NCBI RefSeq assembly: GCF_030684315.1
Contig: NC_081368.1
Location: forward strand, 57,241,734 to 57,305,733
Direction of reading: 5' to 3'
Length of the DNA stretch: 64,000 bases
Source: Stegostoma tigrinum
Lineage: Eukaryota
Shown here piece after piece: positions 47,453 through 60,050 of the stretch. The first letter of the stretch is position 1. Each line of letters opens with the position of its first letter. The notes beneath the pieces are model-generated. The model did not search any database. It was given only the letters and a program-made list of their open reading frames with translations, and was not told the DNA's origin. Both the position numbers and the translations under genes were made by a program.

Positions 47453-50410
47453 TTAAAGCATATAACTGGAAATATACAAGACATTTCACTGTCGCTGTCA
47501 AACTCCAAAATGTTTCATCTTACTTTGCTGAATACATCGTTCACTGAATTACCAAATATTGTGACATTGCTTCATTGAGCAGATTCACTTAATCCAATTT
47601 TTCAAACTCACATTATTTCAGGAATCAATCTATACATTACTGTTGACTGATGCCTCAGTGAAAAAAAAATCAATGTTTGATTATTTTCTAAGTTAATTTT
47701 TGTATCTGTTAAAGATCTTTTGATGGCCAATTGCAATCTTAGCCAGACTGCCAACTTACATTTCATGCATTGGATTATGTGTCAGACTGATGTGGTATTC
47801 AATATTTTCAAATTTTCTCTTTATTTACAAACACAAATCACTAAAAATTCCATGCTTCATGTACTTCCTTGAAGTTAGCATTATGATTTTTTTTTTCTCA
47901 AAGAAGTGTTACTTGTTTTCGATTAGTGAGGCGACCTGCAATATGTTTACACACTTTGGGAAAATAATTATCCGACCATGGGCTGACAAAAACAGTAATT
48001 GATGACTTATACTTAAAGGAAGAAACAGAAAGCATTATGCACTGTTTTACTTTCTTAATGGCGTGGAACATTGTGCTGTCTGCTAAATGGCAGAGGAATT
48101 TGTAAAAATGTCACAGAAGTAGTTGGTCATGAGACAAAAGAAAGAGGCAGATCACAAATGTATTTATTGAATGGCTGTAATGTTCTAATGCAGGAGTACT
48201 CTAAAGTCTTTGCAAATGACATAGTTGTGATAATCATATTCTTGTGCATTTTGCCTAGCATGTTACAGATATCTATTTTAAAATGTTGCATGTCCATGGT
48301 TAAATATTCTGAAACAGCTTTATCGCATGGTCCTCTTGTTTGCTCGGCCAGAGATAGAATTCTGAATTATTCCACCTCTTATTTTTGCTTTTCAAGGATA
48401 TGCAGTCATTTCAATTTGAATGAAATTTAATATCTTTGACTATAGCAACTGTGTTGAAATTTAATAGATTACACGACGAGATGAAAAACATGGATCGTCA
48501 AGAATTATTTCACATTTTGTACTTAGATATTTAATATACTTTTGATACTTAATTAAATTCAATTCATGCTATAAATTAAGGTTGCCTGTCTAACACTATT
48601 ACCCACACTTTTTAAGCTATTAAAAGACACAGATACAAGACAAAGAGAAAAAGAGACAAAAAATGCTTGGTAACAATAGTTGATTGTTTTTCCTATGATT
48701 GTTTAATTTATAGAATTAAAATATGTACTCAAACCCACGCATTTCCTTGCTGGGAAACTATGTGTTGTTGCAGTCTGCATGACATTAATCTCAAAAAAGT
48801 GGAAAAGTACAAAAGATGTGACTCCAAATTCTACCCTAAGTGAGAGTACGTCTCCTGTACTGATGTTGCTGCATCAAATTTCCAATCGAATAATCTTGAC
48901 AAAACCACTTCCAAAATATATTCTCCCATGATGTTGCCTGCTGTGATTCAATCCTCATCATTTTCCTTATCCTTTTCTCCAACATGATTTCTCCTGTATG
49001 ACATTCTATCATTTTTTGATGCTGGCTGAAACTGACTGATCCAACTACTCTTTTCAATCAGCCGAGATGGAATTGCACTGCAGGAGATCATCAAGTCAGC
49101 AAGTGGTTCAACACAGAAGCACTAGGGCTCGATCAGCACACGTGGGGGTCTGACCAGCAGGTCTCTTCTCTCTCTCTACTTCTATCACAAAATACATGGG
49201 TGTCAGCTCAGTGCTGACATGACTGACATGTTGAAGGACAGATTGCAATAGAAGTCCATGTGTGCTGGTACCTCATTAAGGTGAAAGAATTATTCCCAGC
49301 AATGTTCCATTTAACTTTGCCATCAATAGTGAAGGATGACAACATTAAAATAGACAAATCTATTGATGCTTAACAACATTGCATTATTTGTAGACAAGAT
49401 TTCCACAACTGACTAAGCAATGGTGTTGGTGCTGAGAAATTCATTAATTTCCCTAACAAGGGAATCATCCTACGACTACTTCAAAAATGAATTACAGTTT
49501 GAAAAGCTAAAATGTACTGAGGATTTCGGCAGGAATCCCAAATACAATGGGAGGAAGGTCTCCTGCTAAGGTACAGTGGCACATTGTTTTCCATTGAGCT
49601 CCAATCCCTAAATTTTCTTCATATCCACACCACTTTTGTTTTATGGTTTCAATGTGCAGACAGAAACATGCTTTTGTAAATCTTTTGCTTATATTTGTTG
49701 TTCCATATCAGGGGACTGCATTACAGTAAATACTGGAGGCAAACTAGATAGGAGATCTCACAGAAATGGTGATATAAATGTTTTTTAATGGTGTTGTGGA
49801 ATATATGTGCAGATCCAGCGTTCAGAGATACTTCAGTTCCGTATCTTTATTGAACAGAAAACAGCAGGAAAATAGAAATGTTACATCATCTTCCATGCTC
49901 AATACCTATGCAGTTCACATTATTAAATATTGTACTTGGAAATATATGATTGATCATTTTATTCAGATGCTTCCTCTTAACTCCAACAATATCCTTTTTC
50001 AATATGATGTAATGAGTTGTAATTTTTTATTGATTTGAGAACAAACAAATGAAAAGAAAGGCAGTTGTCGCAAGTATTTGTAACACATTATAAAATATAA
50101 CACGAATGTGTCATTCCCACTTGCTAATCTTATTTTCCACAATACCTGACTTTTACTTTCGCAGTTTCTTCTAAATTAGAAATTTGATTCCTTACCTTAT
50201 TTAAAATATGCACAAGAAACAGATTGCCATGACAAAAATGTAATGCTTTTGTTTTAAGTTTGACTTATGGCCATTGCTTGAAATCCACCAACAAAACAAA
50301 GAGTGTTTTTTAAAAATGGAATGGTGTTTTCTGTTCCAAGTGAGATTCATGATTCAAACTGCCACTGACAATCTTACACTCTTTGTTTTAATAATAATGC
50401 AACTGGCTTC

Positions 50411-50776
50411 TGTTATGGATCGGATGAAGCCCTGTCAAAATAGATTAAGGAGACAGCCCTCACCCCAGCCTTTTCTTTAATTTTTAAAGGCAAATATCAG
50501 GCAATGGGTTTCAATGCAATTCAATTGGCAAACTACCAGGCTTGAAGAAAAACACATTTCATTCCTACACTACGATTAAAATATAAACAAAACATTTAAG
50601 AAATGGAGTAACAACTCTCTTGGAAAACTTAACAGATTTGTAAGTTATTTAGCTGCTAAACAGTTCCAATATGGTAACATCTCATACACACATCTTTGGC
50701 AAAGGTAAAATCAATAAAATACATTGTGTTACCTGCAATTCTCTAATCAGGGAGGAAGGAATATCAAGAGAAAACC

Positions 50777-50816
<40 letters not shown>

Positions 50817-51054
50817 ATTTTGCTATATAACAGCTTCCTAGCTCCAACAGCTACTGAAAGTTAAACTGAAATCCTGCTCTGTGGGAGCTTGACCCTACTC
50901 CTTCACACTGCTTCTATTGTTCTAACTTAAAAAAAATTCAAAGCCTCACAAGCTGTTTACTTTATTAGCTTCGAACAGACTACTCGGCCTTTATCTCAAC
51001 CTCTGTTTATAAAAAGGACAAAAATGCACCCCTTAATGCCAGAGCATCATCACA
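50411..51054. mobile_element. Solo LTR, probably minus orientation
   Basis: Short inverted termini tgttatg...catcaca, ~644 bp, with an internal (GA)n. Confidence 0.7.
50777..50815. repeat. (GA)n microsatellite inside the LTR
   Basis: About 19 GA units with one interruption. Confidence 0.95.
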
Positions 51055-51214
51055 GATTTTTCGGCAGCTATCTCATGGAATTGTGTATCAGGGAAGGTGG
51101 AAGGGCGTATTGCTGCCAGGACTATGCAATGCTCACATACCTGGTGCCACATTTAAAACTCCACTCTACAGCACTTCAGGTGCTCTAGGCCAGGAATTGC
51201 CTTTAATTTTGTGT

Positions 51215-51435
51215 TGCCCTAACAGTAGGTTTACTGATATTGGTGAGGGGCTGGTGCTGGAGTGGTGGAAAGGAGAATACAACTTTTCCCTGTTTGCCAA
51301 CAAAAAAGGCCACATCACCAGCATATGCCATCCTGAACTGAGATGGCCAATGCAGCCAGTGAAATGTCCCAGGTATAATGCCATTTCCAGCAGTACACGG
51401 AGACGTTCACTGATTTTCTGCACTTTATATGGTAC
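51215..51435 (+). mobile_element. Harbinger Myb/SANT-like ORF remnant
   Basis: Across frameshifts: RFTD...VERRIQLFP...KRP...*TEMANAASEMS...QQYTETFTDFL, then GT. Resembles 'RF.D...V..R..LFP...W..VA..VS...QCRK.FNDL'. Confidence 0.45.
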
Positions 51436-51840
51436 GAGCCATCAACTTCTTTCTGCTCCCTCACATTCACAGGGGTCAACCACTCACTCTAACTCTGATA
51501 TTGCACACATCTCTTAGCAAGGCTCATGGTGTTGCATGTATTATGTCACGCTATTGCGTATATCATGTCTGCACAACTGCTGCTGTGCACATAATCCTCC
51601 CAATCTACAAACTCTTTCTGTTCACTGCACTTCCTACTCCTCACTGGAGACACCTCACTGTTGCTCTTTGAACTGCTTCACCATTAACTGCTTTTCTGTC
51701 TGCATTCATCATACTCAATCCCTCCCTTTTCCTCATTGCTGGACTCAATGAATTTAAGCCAAAAATTGTGTGCAAGTGCCCTCGTTTCTGTCAAGAGGAA
51801 AGATGTTGCCTGGAATTGGAAAACGGTACGGGATTGTGGA

Positions 51841-54090
51841 TGTGACACTGGGAGAGAGGGTAATTGTCACAAACGGCTGTGGTCGATGGCTAAACAGGGG
51901 ATTAATCACGTAAAATATTCTAGAAGTCATCGTGGAGAGCAGTAATAAGGGAACTCAAGCTACATGTGATGCCAGGGAAGAGCACAATGTGACCACAGTC
52001 ATTGAGATTGCGGCCACTGCAGCGACTAGGGACTCAGATGGTGAAGAGTTATTATACTCGGTAATCCCACCAGTGGGAAAAGAAAATATTGGGTCAAATT
52101 GGAGCAATGAGACCATTTGACGAAGATACCGAATGTTGGATGCTGCGCGCCGAACATTTTGATGCATTTTTAAGGGTGAATGAAATGGCTGAAGTCATAA
52201 CAGCTCTAGCTTTCTTGAGTATCATTGGGAGCCAGACCTTCATGATTCTAAGGAATCCACTGCAATCAAAGAAACCCATGGAGAAGGCAAACCAAGAAAT
52301 TTCTGAAGTGTTGGGAATTATTTTACACCAAAGTCACTGGAAATAATTGAATGTTTCCATTTTTATAAAGAGGCACAGAACAAAGGAGAACCTGTCACCA
52401 AATTTGTGGCTGCCTTAAAGAGGCTAGATGAACAGTATAAATTCAGAGGGTTCCTCCAAGATGCTTTGCAGGACCATTTGTCTTGTGGACTCCAACACAA
52501 AGCCATTTAACACAAGATACTAACATGGAGACATCTGGATTTTAAGCCAGCTTTCAAAATTGGTACCTTGATGGAGTTAACCACCAGCAAAGCAACACGG
52601 TTGAGTCATGGCGCCCTGGTACATAAAGTAACAGTAACTTAGCAAAGTGTGGTACCAACCTTAAAATGCCTCTGAAGTGGCAACAAGGAATCAATATGTT
52701 GGATTTGAGAAGACCAGTGCTGCAGGTGTAAGCGAGTGGGTCATATTGCCTGAAACTGAAAGGGACAACTCAAGCAAGAGAAGGTGTGAAAATTGAGACA
52801 ATAAGGCATAAGGTACATGCTGCCAGCCAGGGGGTAGACTGGGAGTCAGCTGGGCCTGCAGGAGAAGCATAAGGCCTAGAGACAACAGAGTTTTGGTTTA
52901 ACATCCTATCAGTACAGGGTGAAACTGATTGTTTCTGGGTTCTTCACAAATTAGAGGGGAAAGCAGTAAAGACAGAAAAGTGATAGAGATAGGGAAAATT
53001 GAAAGGCACCGCTACTGAAGCCTGTCGAGTGTACACTATGGATCTTCAGGGAGAAGTGGTGTCACTGATGGACTATGGGTAAAAGTATAATTAACGGATC
53101 AATGAGTCGAGTTGCCTCTGTACGTCGTGAAAGATGGGGATCCTGCACTTTTCGTACTCTTCTGGTCAGTGAAATTAAGGATAAATTGGGGCGTATTTAA
53201 TAGGCTGGCAGTCTCAAAAATGAGTAGCATGAGATATTTTAAGGATGTCTTCATGGAAACCCTGCTGACAATGAAAAGAGTAGATATTAAAATTTGGTCG
53301 AAATGGGAAGTTTATCCAAGAAATCTGAAGGCATGCCCAGTACCACAGGCCATCCAACTTAATGTGGAGGCTGAACTGGAATGGCTGGTGAATCTGGAAG
53401 CATTAGAACCAGTAACCACCAGTCAATGGGCCACTCCAAATGTCCTAGTCTTAGAAACAGTTGGCACAGTGAGGATTTGTGGTGACTTTAAGGTCACAGT
53501 GAATCCAACCTGAGTGTAGATCAATACCCACTTCCACTCATTGAGGATCTGTTCAGTGGGATGGTTGATGGAAAGAAAATTCTCAAAAATGGATCTGTTG
53601 CAGGCCCACTTACAGATGAGTGTCAAAAATGAGGATCAGCCACCGCTGACAATAGTGACACACAAAAGACTGTTCCACTACAAGTGACAACCTTTTGGCA
53701 TCAGGTCAGTTCTGGCTGTATTGCAGAGGGTCATGGATTAAATTTTCAATGGATTGCGAGGAGTTATGTGGATAATATTATGGTTGCTGGATCCTTCAAA
53801 GAGGATCATTCAAAAAATATAGAAGAGACCCAAGAAAAGTTGCAAGACCACAGCCTGCAAATAATAAAAGAGAGACGCATGACTTTTTTAAGGACTCTAT
53901 CAAGTATCGGACTGATGTTATCAGTGGCAAGGGACTACACAAGGCACCCAAGAGGGCTACTAGACCAGAGAATGTGTGCTGATCGAGATCATTTTTTGGG
54001 ATCTGTAAATTACTCTGGAAAGTTCGTATTTAATTTGGCAACTGCGTTTGAACCCCTGCATTGGTTGTTGGGAAAAGGTCATGAAATAGA
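51841..54090 (+). mobile_element. Gypsy (Mag-like) LTR retrotransposon remnant: probable 5' LTR, PBS, gag, RT; 3' truncated
   Basis: PBS-like tggtgaagag (52039-52048). Gag: IGAMRPFDEDTECW...FLSIIGSQTF and ECFHFYKEAQNKGEPVTKFVAALKRL. Zinc-knuckle remnant CCRCKRVGHIA. RT: SQWATPNVLV...VRICGDFKVTVNP, FSKMDLLQAHLQM, YVDN and FLGSVNYSGKF. Confidence 0.92.
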
Positions 54091-54593
54091 CCCAGGAATG
54101 CTCCACACTGAGAATTGTTGATGTATCATTTGCTCAGGGCAGTTAATAGGATTAGAAGCAGCATATTAGTAAGGAAAGATTTGCACTTAATACAGTCATT
54201 AATAAGCAATAATTTACATGCAAAGCAACATGCTGGTGCCTAGCGAGAATGCCATCTCAGCATCCCAAACTTACTTATAAACACAAGTTGGTCACAATAT
54301 CGAGAAAAGCCTCAGTAGACTTCTCATATCAGTCAACTAGGTTTCTAACCACATCAGATGTCGTTCAGGGCCTTCTAAAATTCTGCAATATGTGCACATT
54401 TTTCAAGCAATCATTGCACCCAGACTGCCACATTTGTACCTAAAAGCACCCAATGAGTGATCTATATCATGCAGCAGAAACCCATGGGATAATTTTCAAA
54501 AGCATAGGAAAAAGCAAAGGGATAGATTTTGCTTGTTGTTAACCTGGATTCTACTCATAACTAATCAGATCAGTGGTAAGGATGTGGCTCTTG

Positions 54594-55520
54594 AAATCAT
54601 AGAATCATACAGTGCAGAAGAGGCCCTTCAACCCATCAAGCCTGTACCTCCAAAACAATACTAAATCTACACTGTTCCCACTTTTTCCCACTTTTTCTCT
54701 CTGGAGAGAAGGAGGAAGAGAGGTGACCTGATCGAGGTGTACAAGGTAATGAAAGGCATGGATAGAGTCAATAGCCAGAGGCTTTTCCCCAGGGCAGGAT
54801 TGACTGCCACGAGGGGCCATAATTTTAAGGTATTAGGAGGAAGGTATAGAGGAGATGTCAGAGGGAGGCTCTTCAGCTCTTCACCCAGAGAGTTGTGAGT
54901 GCATGGAATAGTTTACCAGTGGTAGTCGTGGAAGCGGAGTCATTAGTGACATTTAAGCAACTGCTGGACATGCACATGGACAGCAGTGAATTGAGGTGAA
55001 TGTAGGTTAGGTTATTTTAATTTTGGATTAGGATTATTCCACAGCACAACATCGTGGACCGAAGGGCCTGTACTGTGCTGTACTTTTCTATGTTCCATGT
55101 TTTAAGCACTTGGCCCATAGTCCTGAATGTAATTTCACTTCAAGCGGTCATCCAAGTACTACTTATGAAAGAAAAATGTTTAAAAATTGTCCAACTTATG
55201 AAAGACAAAAGTTTAAAAATTGAGATGTTAACACTTCACCTAGCCTCCCGGGCAATGTATTGCAAACTTTCATTACCCACTTGGTGAAAAAAATCTTTCT
55301 TCAGCTCCTCGCTAAACCTGCTGTCCTTTCACCTTCAGTTATTAAACAAGGGAAATGACATCTTTTCGTCCATCCTGCCTATGCCCCTCGTAACCTAATA
55401 CACCTCCATCAGGCCCTGTCTCAACATTTTCTGCTCCAAAGTAAACAACACAAACTTATCCAGCCTCTCTTCATAGCCAAACTGTTCCACACTGAGGCAA
55501 TATCCTGATGGATATTCTCT
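54594..55520 (-). mobile_element. CR1 LINE 3' end, interrupted by an opposite-strand CR1
   Basis: Tail 'atcatagaatcatacagtgcagaagaggccc'; resumes at ~55105 ('gcacttggcccatag'); YEERLDKFVLFTLEQKMLRQGLMEVY. Confidence 0.85.
54692..55101 (+). mobile_element. Younger CR1 3' end nested in an older CR1
   Basis: FSLERRRKRGDLIEVYKVMKGMDRV; tail 'gaagggcctgtactgtgctgtacttttctatgttccatgtt'. Confidence 0.92.
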
Positions 55521-55523
55521 CCA

Positions 55524-55929
55524 TCCCCTCCCCCCACTGCACCACACAACCAGCCCAGCTCTTCCCCTCCACCCACTGCATCCCCAAACCAGTCCAACCT
55601 GTCTCTGCCTCCCTAACCTGTTCTTCCTCTCACCCATCCCTTCCTCCCACCCCAAGCTGCACCCCCATCTACCTACTAACCTCATCCCACCTCCTTGACC
55701 TGTCCGTCTTCCCTGGACTGACCTATCCCCTCCCTACCTCCCCACCTATACTCTCTCCACCTATCTTCTTTTATCTCCATCTTCGGTCTGCCTCCCCCTC
55801 TCTCCCTATTTATTCCAGAACCCTCACCCCATCCCCCTCTCTGATGAAGGGTCTAGGCCCGAAACGTCAGGTTTTGTGCTCCTGAGATGCTGCTTGGCCT
55901 GCTGTGTTCAACCAGCCTCACATTTTATT
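55524..55929 (+). mobile_element. Young Penelope 3' end/pLTR copy, same subfamily as 34960-36754
   Basis: Near-identical to the reverse complement of 34960-35364 with the same terminus 'cagcctcacattttatt'. No TSD seen. Confidence 0.93.
55841..55868 (+). ncRNA. Minimal hammerhead ribozyme-like motif
   Basis: CTGATGA-A-GGGTCTAGGCCC-GAAAC-GTC. Confidence 0.7.
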
Positions 55930-56157
55930 ACGTGACAACTTCCTTAACTTACGATAGTAATTGTCGCGTTGACAGTTTTTCTTGCTTATAATTAGGGTAT
56001 TATGTAATAAGCACTGGTGTGTAAATATACTGCCTCACTGAAACATTCCAGACAATTGCACAGTTATCAATTCTATGAGAAGTAGCTCCATGAAAGGAAA
56101 AGGTAATATATTTTAATGACTACCCGATCGAACTTCAGTTGGCCATAATTTTAAATA

Positions 56158-57090
56158 ATCTATTCATGGGATGTGGGCACTCTGTCCAGGTCAGCATTTA
56201 CTGCCCATCTCTAATTGCCCTGGGGAAGGTGGTCATGAGTTGGCTTCTTAAGCTGCTGCAGTCCTTGGGGTGTAGGGATGCCCACATTGTTCTTAGAAAA
56301 GGAGCACTAATTTTTTGACCCAGTGACAGTGAAGGAATAGCAACAGAACTTGCAGTTAAGGTTAATTCTTTAAAATTGCTTTGGGGTTTGAAGATTTCTC
56401 TTCAATTTCAGAGAACTTGGAGCATTTGTTTTCCTTTTACAGAATGTGGTATTACTGATCAGTCCAATATTTGTTGTACACTCTGAGTCACCTTGAAAAG
56501 ATGGTGGTGAACCATTGTAGATTGCCATGTGCAAGTGCAGTCACAGTGCTGTTAGGAAAGGATTTCTAGGGTTTTGACCTAACAACAGCAAAAGAACAGA
56601 AATTACTTTCTGTTGTTCCCTTTCGTTTGCCAACCTGGACCTTCTACGTGGTTCGATAGTCCTGTTGTCTTGTCTTGGCAAGCTCTTTGTAGTGCATTTA
56701 ATGATGTAGTACGCTGCTGCCCCTGTATCATTGCTGAAGTAGGGAATGTTTAAGCTGGTGGATGGAGCTGCGATCAAACACATTCTTTTATATTGTGTGA
56801 TGGCAACCTCTGGACTGTTGTTGGTGTCGGGAAAGTGGAAAATCATCCGATGGCCTTTCGGAAGTTAAGAGCTCAGTTCCTCCTCACAGAATTCCCAGCG
56901 TCTGGCCTTCTCTTGCAAATGCACAACCAAAAACAAAAATTGCTGGAGAAACACGGCAGGTCTGGAAAATTCTCAAGGGAGAAGCCAGAGTTATTATTTT
57001 GAGCTCAATGACCCTTCTTCTTGGCTACCTCATTTTTGATTTGGAAAATCCAGTTAAGTTCTGCTTAATGGTAACTCCAGGATATTATTC
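56158..57090 (-). mobile_element. Two tandem 3' ends of the CR1/L2-group LINE family seen at 11050 (56158-56343 and ~56440-57090)
   Basis: 'tattcatgggatgtgggc...cagcatttactgcccatctctaattgccct...gcagtccttggggtgtag' is shared with 11060-11175. Confidence 0.75.
56925..57020 (-). mobile_element. Penelope pLTR-derived fragment (old)
   Basis: 'aaattgctggagaaacacggcaggtctgg...gagctcaatgacccttcttc'. Confidence 0.6.
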
Positions 57091-57251
57091 CTCTCAGCCT
57101 TAAAAACTCAAGAAATATAACAATTGTATGGAAAGTTGACATTAAAAGTGCTGCTGGAATGAAACAGAGCCTCACAACTTATTCATGTCAGTCCCATCTC
57201 AATTGCTATGCTAGATTGTGCATCTTATTCATTCATTTGATATACGATTGC

Positions 57252-58050
57252 ATAGGACACCACAGAACAGGCCATTCAGACCAACCAATCCATACTGATG
57301 TTTATTCTCCTCTCACATATCTTGATTTCTTTCCTTATCTGAATCTATCAGCATAATCCTCTATTACCTTTTCCATCATATCTTTGTTGAGCTTTCTCTT
57401 AAACTCAACTATACAGCTCACTTTAGCTGCTCTCTGTGATGATGAATCCTGCATTCTCCTAAAGCTATGGATAAAGGCATTTCTTCTGAATTCCCAATTC
57501 AATTTCTTGCTGACTAATCTTATATCAATAGCTTATGGTTATGCTTTTCTGCAGAAGAGGAAACATTTTCTCTATTTATGTAGTCTGTTAACATTTTTCA
57601 GAGTTTTAAAGACTTGTATTATGTCACATCTCAGCCCTTTTTCTTCCAGAGAAAACAGACTCAGGCTTTAAATACTTTCCTAATTAGTACACTCTGGCAT
57701 TTCTGGTGTCATTCTTAAAAATCCACTCTGCGCCCAGTTTGGCTTTCCTGTAATCTTTTTTACACTACGGTGATTGGGGCTGCACACAATATTCCGAATA
57801 CACTCTAACCAAAGTTAAATGCAGACTTAATGTAACTTGCTGATTTTGGAATTCTGTTCCTCTGGAAATAAAGCCTAGTGCTAAGTTTGCATTTTTTGAT
57901 GGTGTATTGACTGTTTGGTGTATCAAACTCTGAGATTTTTGTTCCTCTTCATCACCTAGACTTGTATCTTCGAAGGAATGTGGCCTACCTATTCTTTTTA
58001 TCAAAATGAGCTCTTCATTATTTATTTATATTAAACTTAATTTGCAACTA
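57252..58050 (-). mobile_element. Old CR1 LINE 3' portion
   Basis: ANLALGFISRGTEFQNQQVTLSLHLTLVRVYSEYCVQ. Confidence 0.85.
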
Positions 58051-58070
58051 ACCAACCATTTTCCTTCTTT

Positions 58071-58450
58071 ATTATTTTATCAGATGCGGGCATCACTGGC
58101 AGGGCCATTATTTGTTTATGTGCCTGATTGCCCTTGAACTGTCAGGCTTGCTATGCCATTTCAGAGGGCAATGATGTTGCAATTACATTAGTTTACATCC
58201 TGAGTCGCGTGTAGAAGGCCGGGCCAGATAAGAATGACACATTTCCTTCCCTGAAAAGTACTAGTTGACCAGATGAGTTTTTTTTTAACAATGTGGTGGT
58301 TGTCAAGGTCACCAGAAACTATTTTTCAATTGCCAAATTTTTTCTTCAATTTAGTTAAATATAAATTTGACTACCTGCCATGATGAATTGTAAGCCCAAG
58401 CCCCAGAATATCAGAGTAACTGGATTATTAATTCAGTGATATTACCACAC
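58071..58450 (-). mobile_element. Shark tRNA-derived SINE, near full length, old
   Basis: Same core as 39890-40095 ('tttccttccctgaaa'). Its 3' tail resembles the LINE 3' UTR at 56158. Confidence 0.7.
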
Positions 58451-59734
58451 AATTTTAAATTGCATATATTCTGAATACTCTCCTTTCCAAAACAGATACA
58501 TATTGTTATTTTTAACAACTGCCTGCAAACACACAACATAAAATAAAACTTCACTCCAGAAATTAGTTGCAATGAGTTGCACAAGTTATCAGTCACCAGT
58601 TTTCTTAAAGAACAGAATGTTCTATTGGAAATTATGCATTTTGATATGAAAGTTGTCAAGTTAGATTCATAGCTGTACCACATCCACATCTGTACACATA
58701 ATTACAGTCAGATTTGTGTCATAAACTCCATTCTGACAGATAGGGCACTTATAAACATCTTTATTAAGACTCAGTGGCAGTGAATTGATGGTATTGAGTA
58801 AGACCTTTGTTCAATATTAATTTTAAAATGTATATTTATGCATTGAAAGTCTTGACCTGATGAAAAATTGCCCTTTGTAGCTGACTATCTGAAGTGACAA
58901 CTATTTCCAGAATTTAAATTCCACCTATGTCAAATGTACATCTGTTTGAAACTATATTATCTCCTGCTGCATGCATCAAATTTTGAACAAGAATCATACA
59001 GTGGTACATTTGAAATAATAGTCGCAGAATTGTTAGTGATATGGTATTTCAGCAAGATAAGTAGAAACTACTGAAATCTCTTGCTTGCCACAAAGCTCTT
59101 TACTTAATAAAAATGAAAAAAACGTATTTTAAATCTTTCACTTTCATTATAAATTTCAAATGAATTATGTTACCATTTGTGAACCTGAATGGCAGTTTAT
59201 TGCACAATTGTAATACTGCTGATAAAACATGCAAACGTGCTCATTTGAAGTCCTAAAAGTCTTGCACATTAATTCTCTGACCACATTTAGAAGTTTCCTT
59301 TCAATGGCAATGTTTGAAGGCACTCTAATAGTTGAGATGTTAAGGGGAAGGGGACTAAGACTAAAGGAGATTAGCAAACAAGTCAATATTTAAAAAGTAA
59401 CATTTGGGATTGAATCTGAAACCATCTGGAGTAACGATAAACAGGCTGGAGATAACTCTAAAAGAAGACGGGCCTTCGGCTCTAAAAGTATTGACCATCC
59501 TTATCCCCCATGCTGATTTTGTCACTAATTTCTCCAAGCCCAAGCTAACACATATGTACTTCCAGTCTTGGGCGGCTTAGCCTCTAATGATGACACTAAG
59601 CTACTATCAACATAAACTGAAATCTCTTTCTGCCAGAGTATATTTCAGGCCTTTGCTAGCTTCAATTTATTCCCCAAGTTCAACATTCAAGTGATCTGAG
59701 ATATTAACTGGTGATGGTAAATGGTAAGCAACAG

Positions 59735-60050
59735 GCCTCCTTGCTTATATTTAACTGTTACCATGAGAGTTCATCGGTCCAGAATCAAATTTAGAGAACT
59801 CCCAGAGCTGTTCACACTTGTGTGTCTTGTTGTGCCATGACCTTTGATGGACTGCGCTGTTAGTGAAAGGGTTCAATGTTGGATGGTGATGGTGATGGAA
59901 TGGTGATCAAAGAGTTTGGGACATTGTTTGTAAGGCATGGTTTGGTGAACATGACTACATGAGTTATCTGTGGGTCTGCTTTCCCAATTTCGACACTGGT
60001 ATATGGCTGCTAATAAAGGAAACTTGACAGGATTGATTGGGCAAGTATGC
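59735..60050 (-). mobile_element. LINE endonuclease N-terminal fragment (family of 11050-14160)
   Basis: 'catgagagttcatcggtccagaatcaa' matches 14088-14113; the reverse strand gives a degenerate CLTNNVPN and SKLGKQTHR. Confidence 0.6.

Noticed and set aside
51841-54090. Possible domesticated gag/pol gene
   Set aside because: Numerous stops and frameshifts, the catalytic YxDD decayed to YVDN, and no RNase H or integrase.
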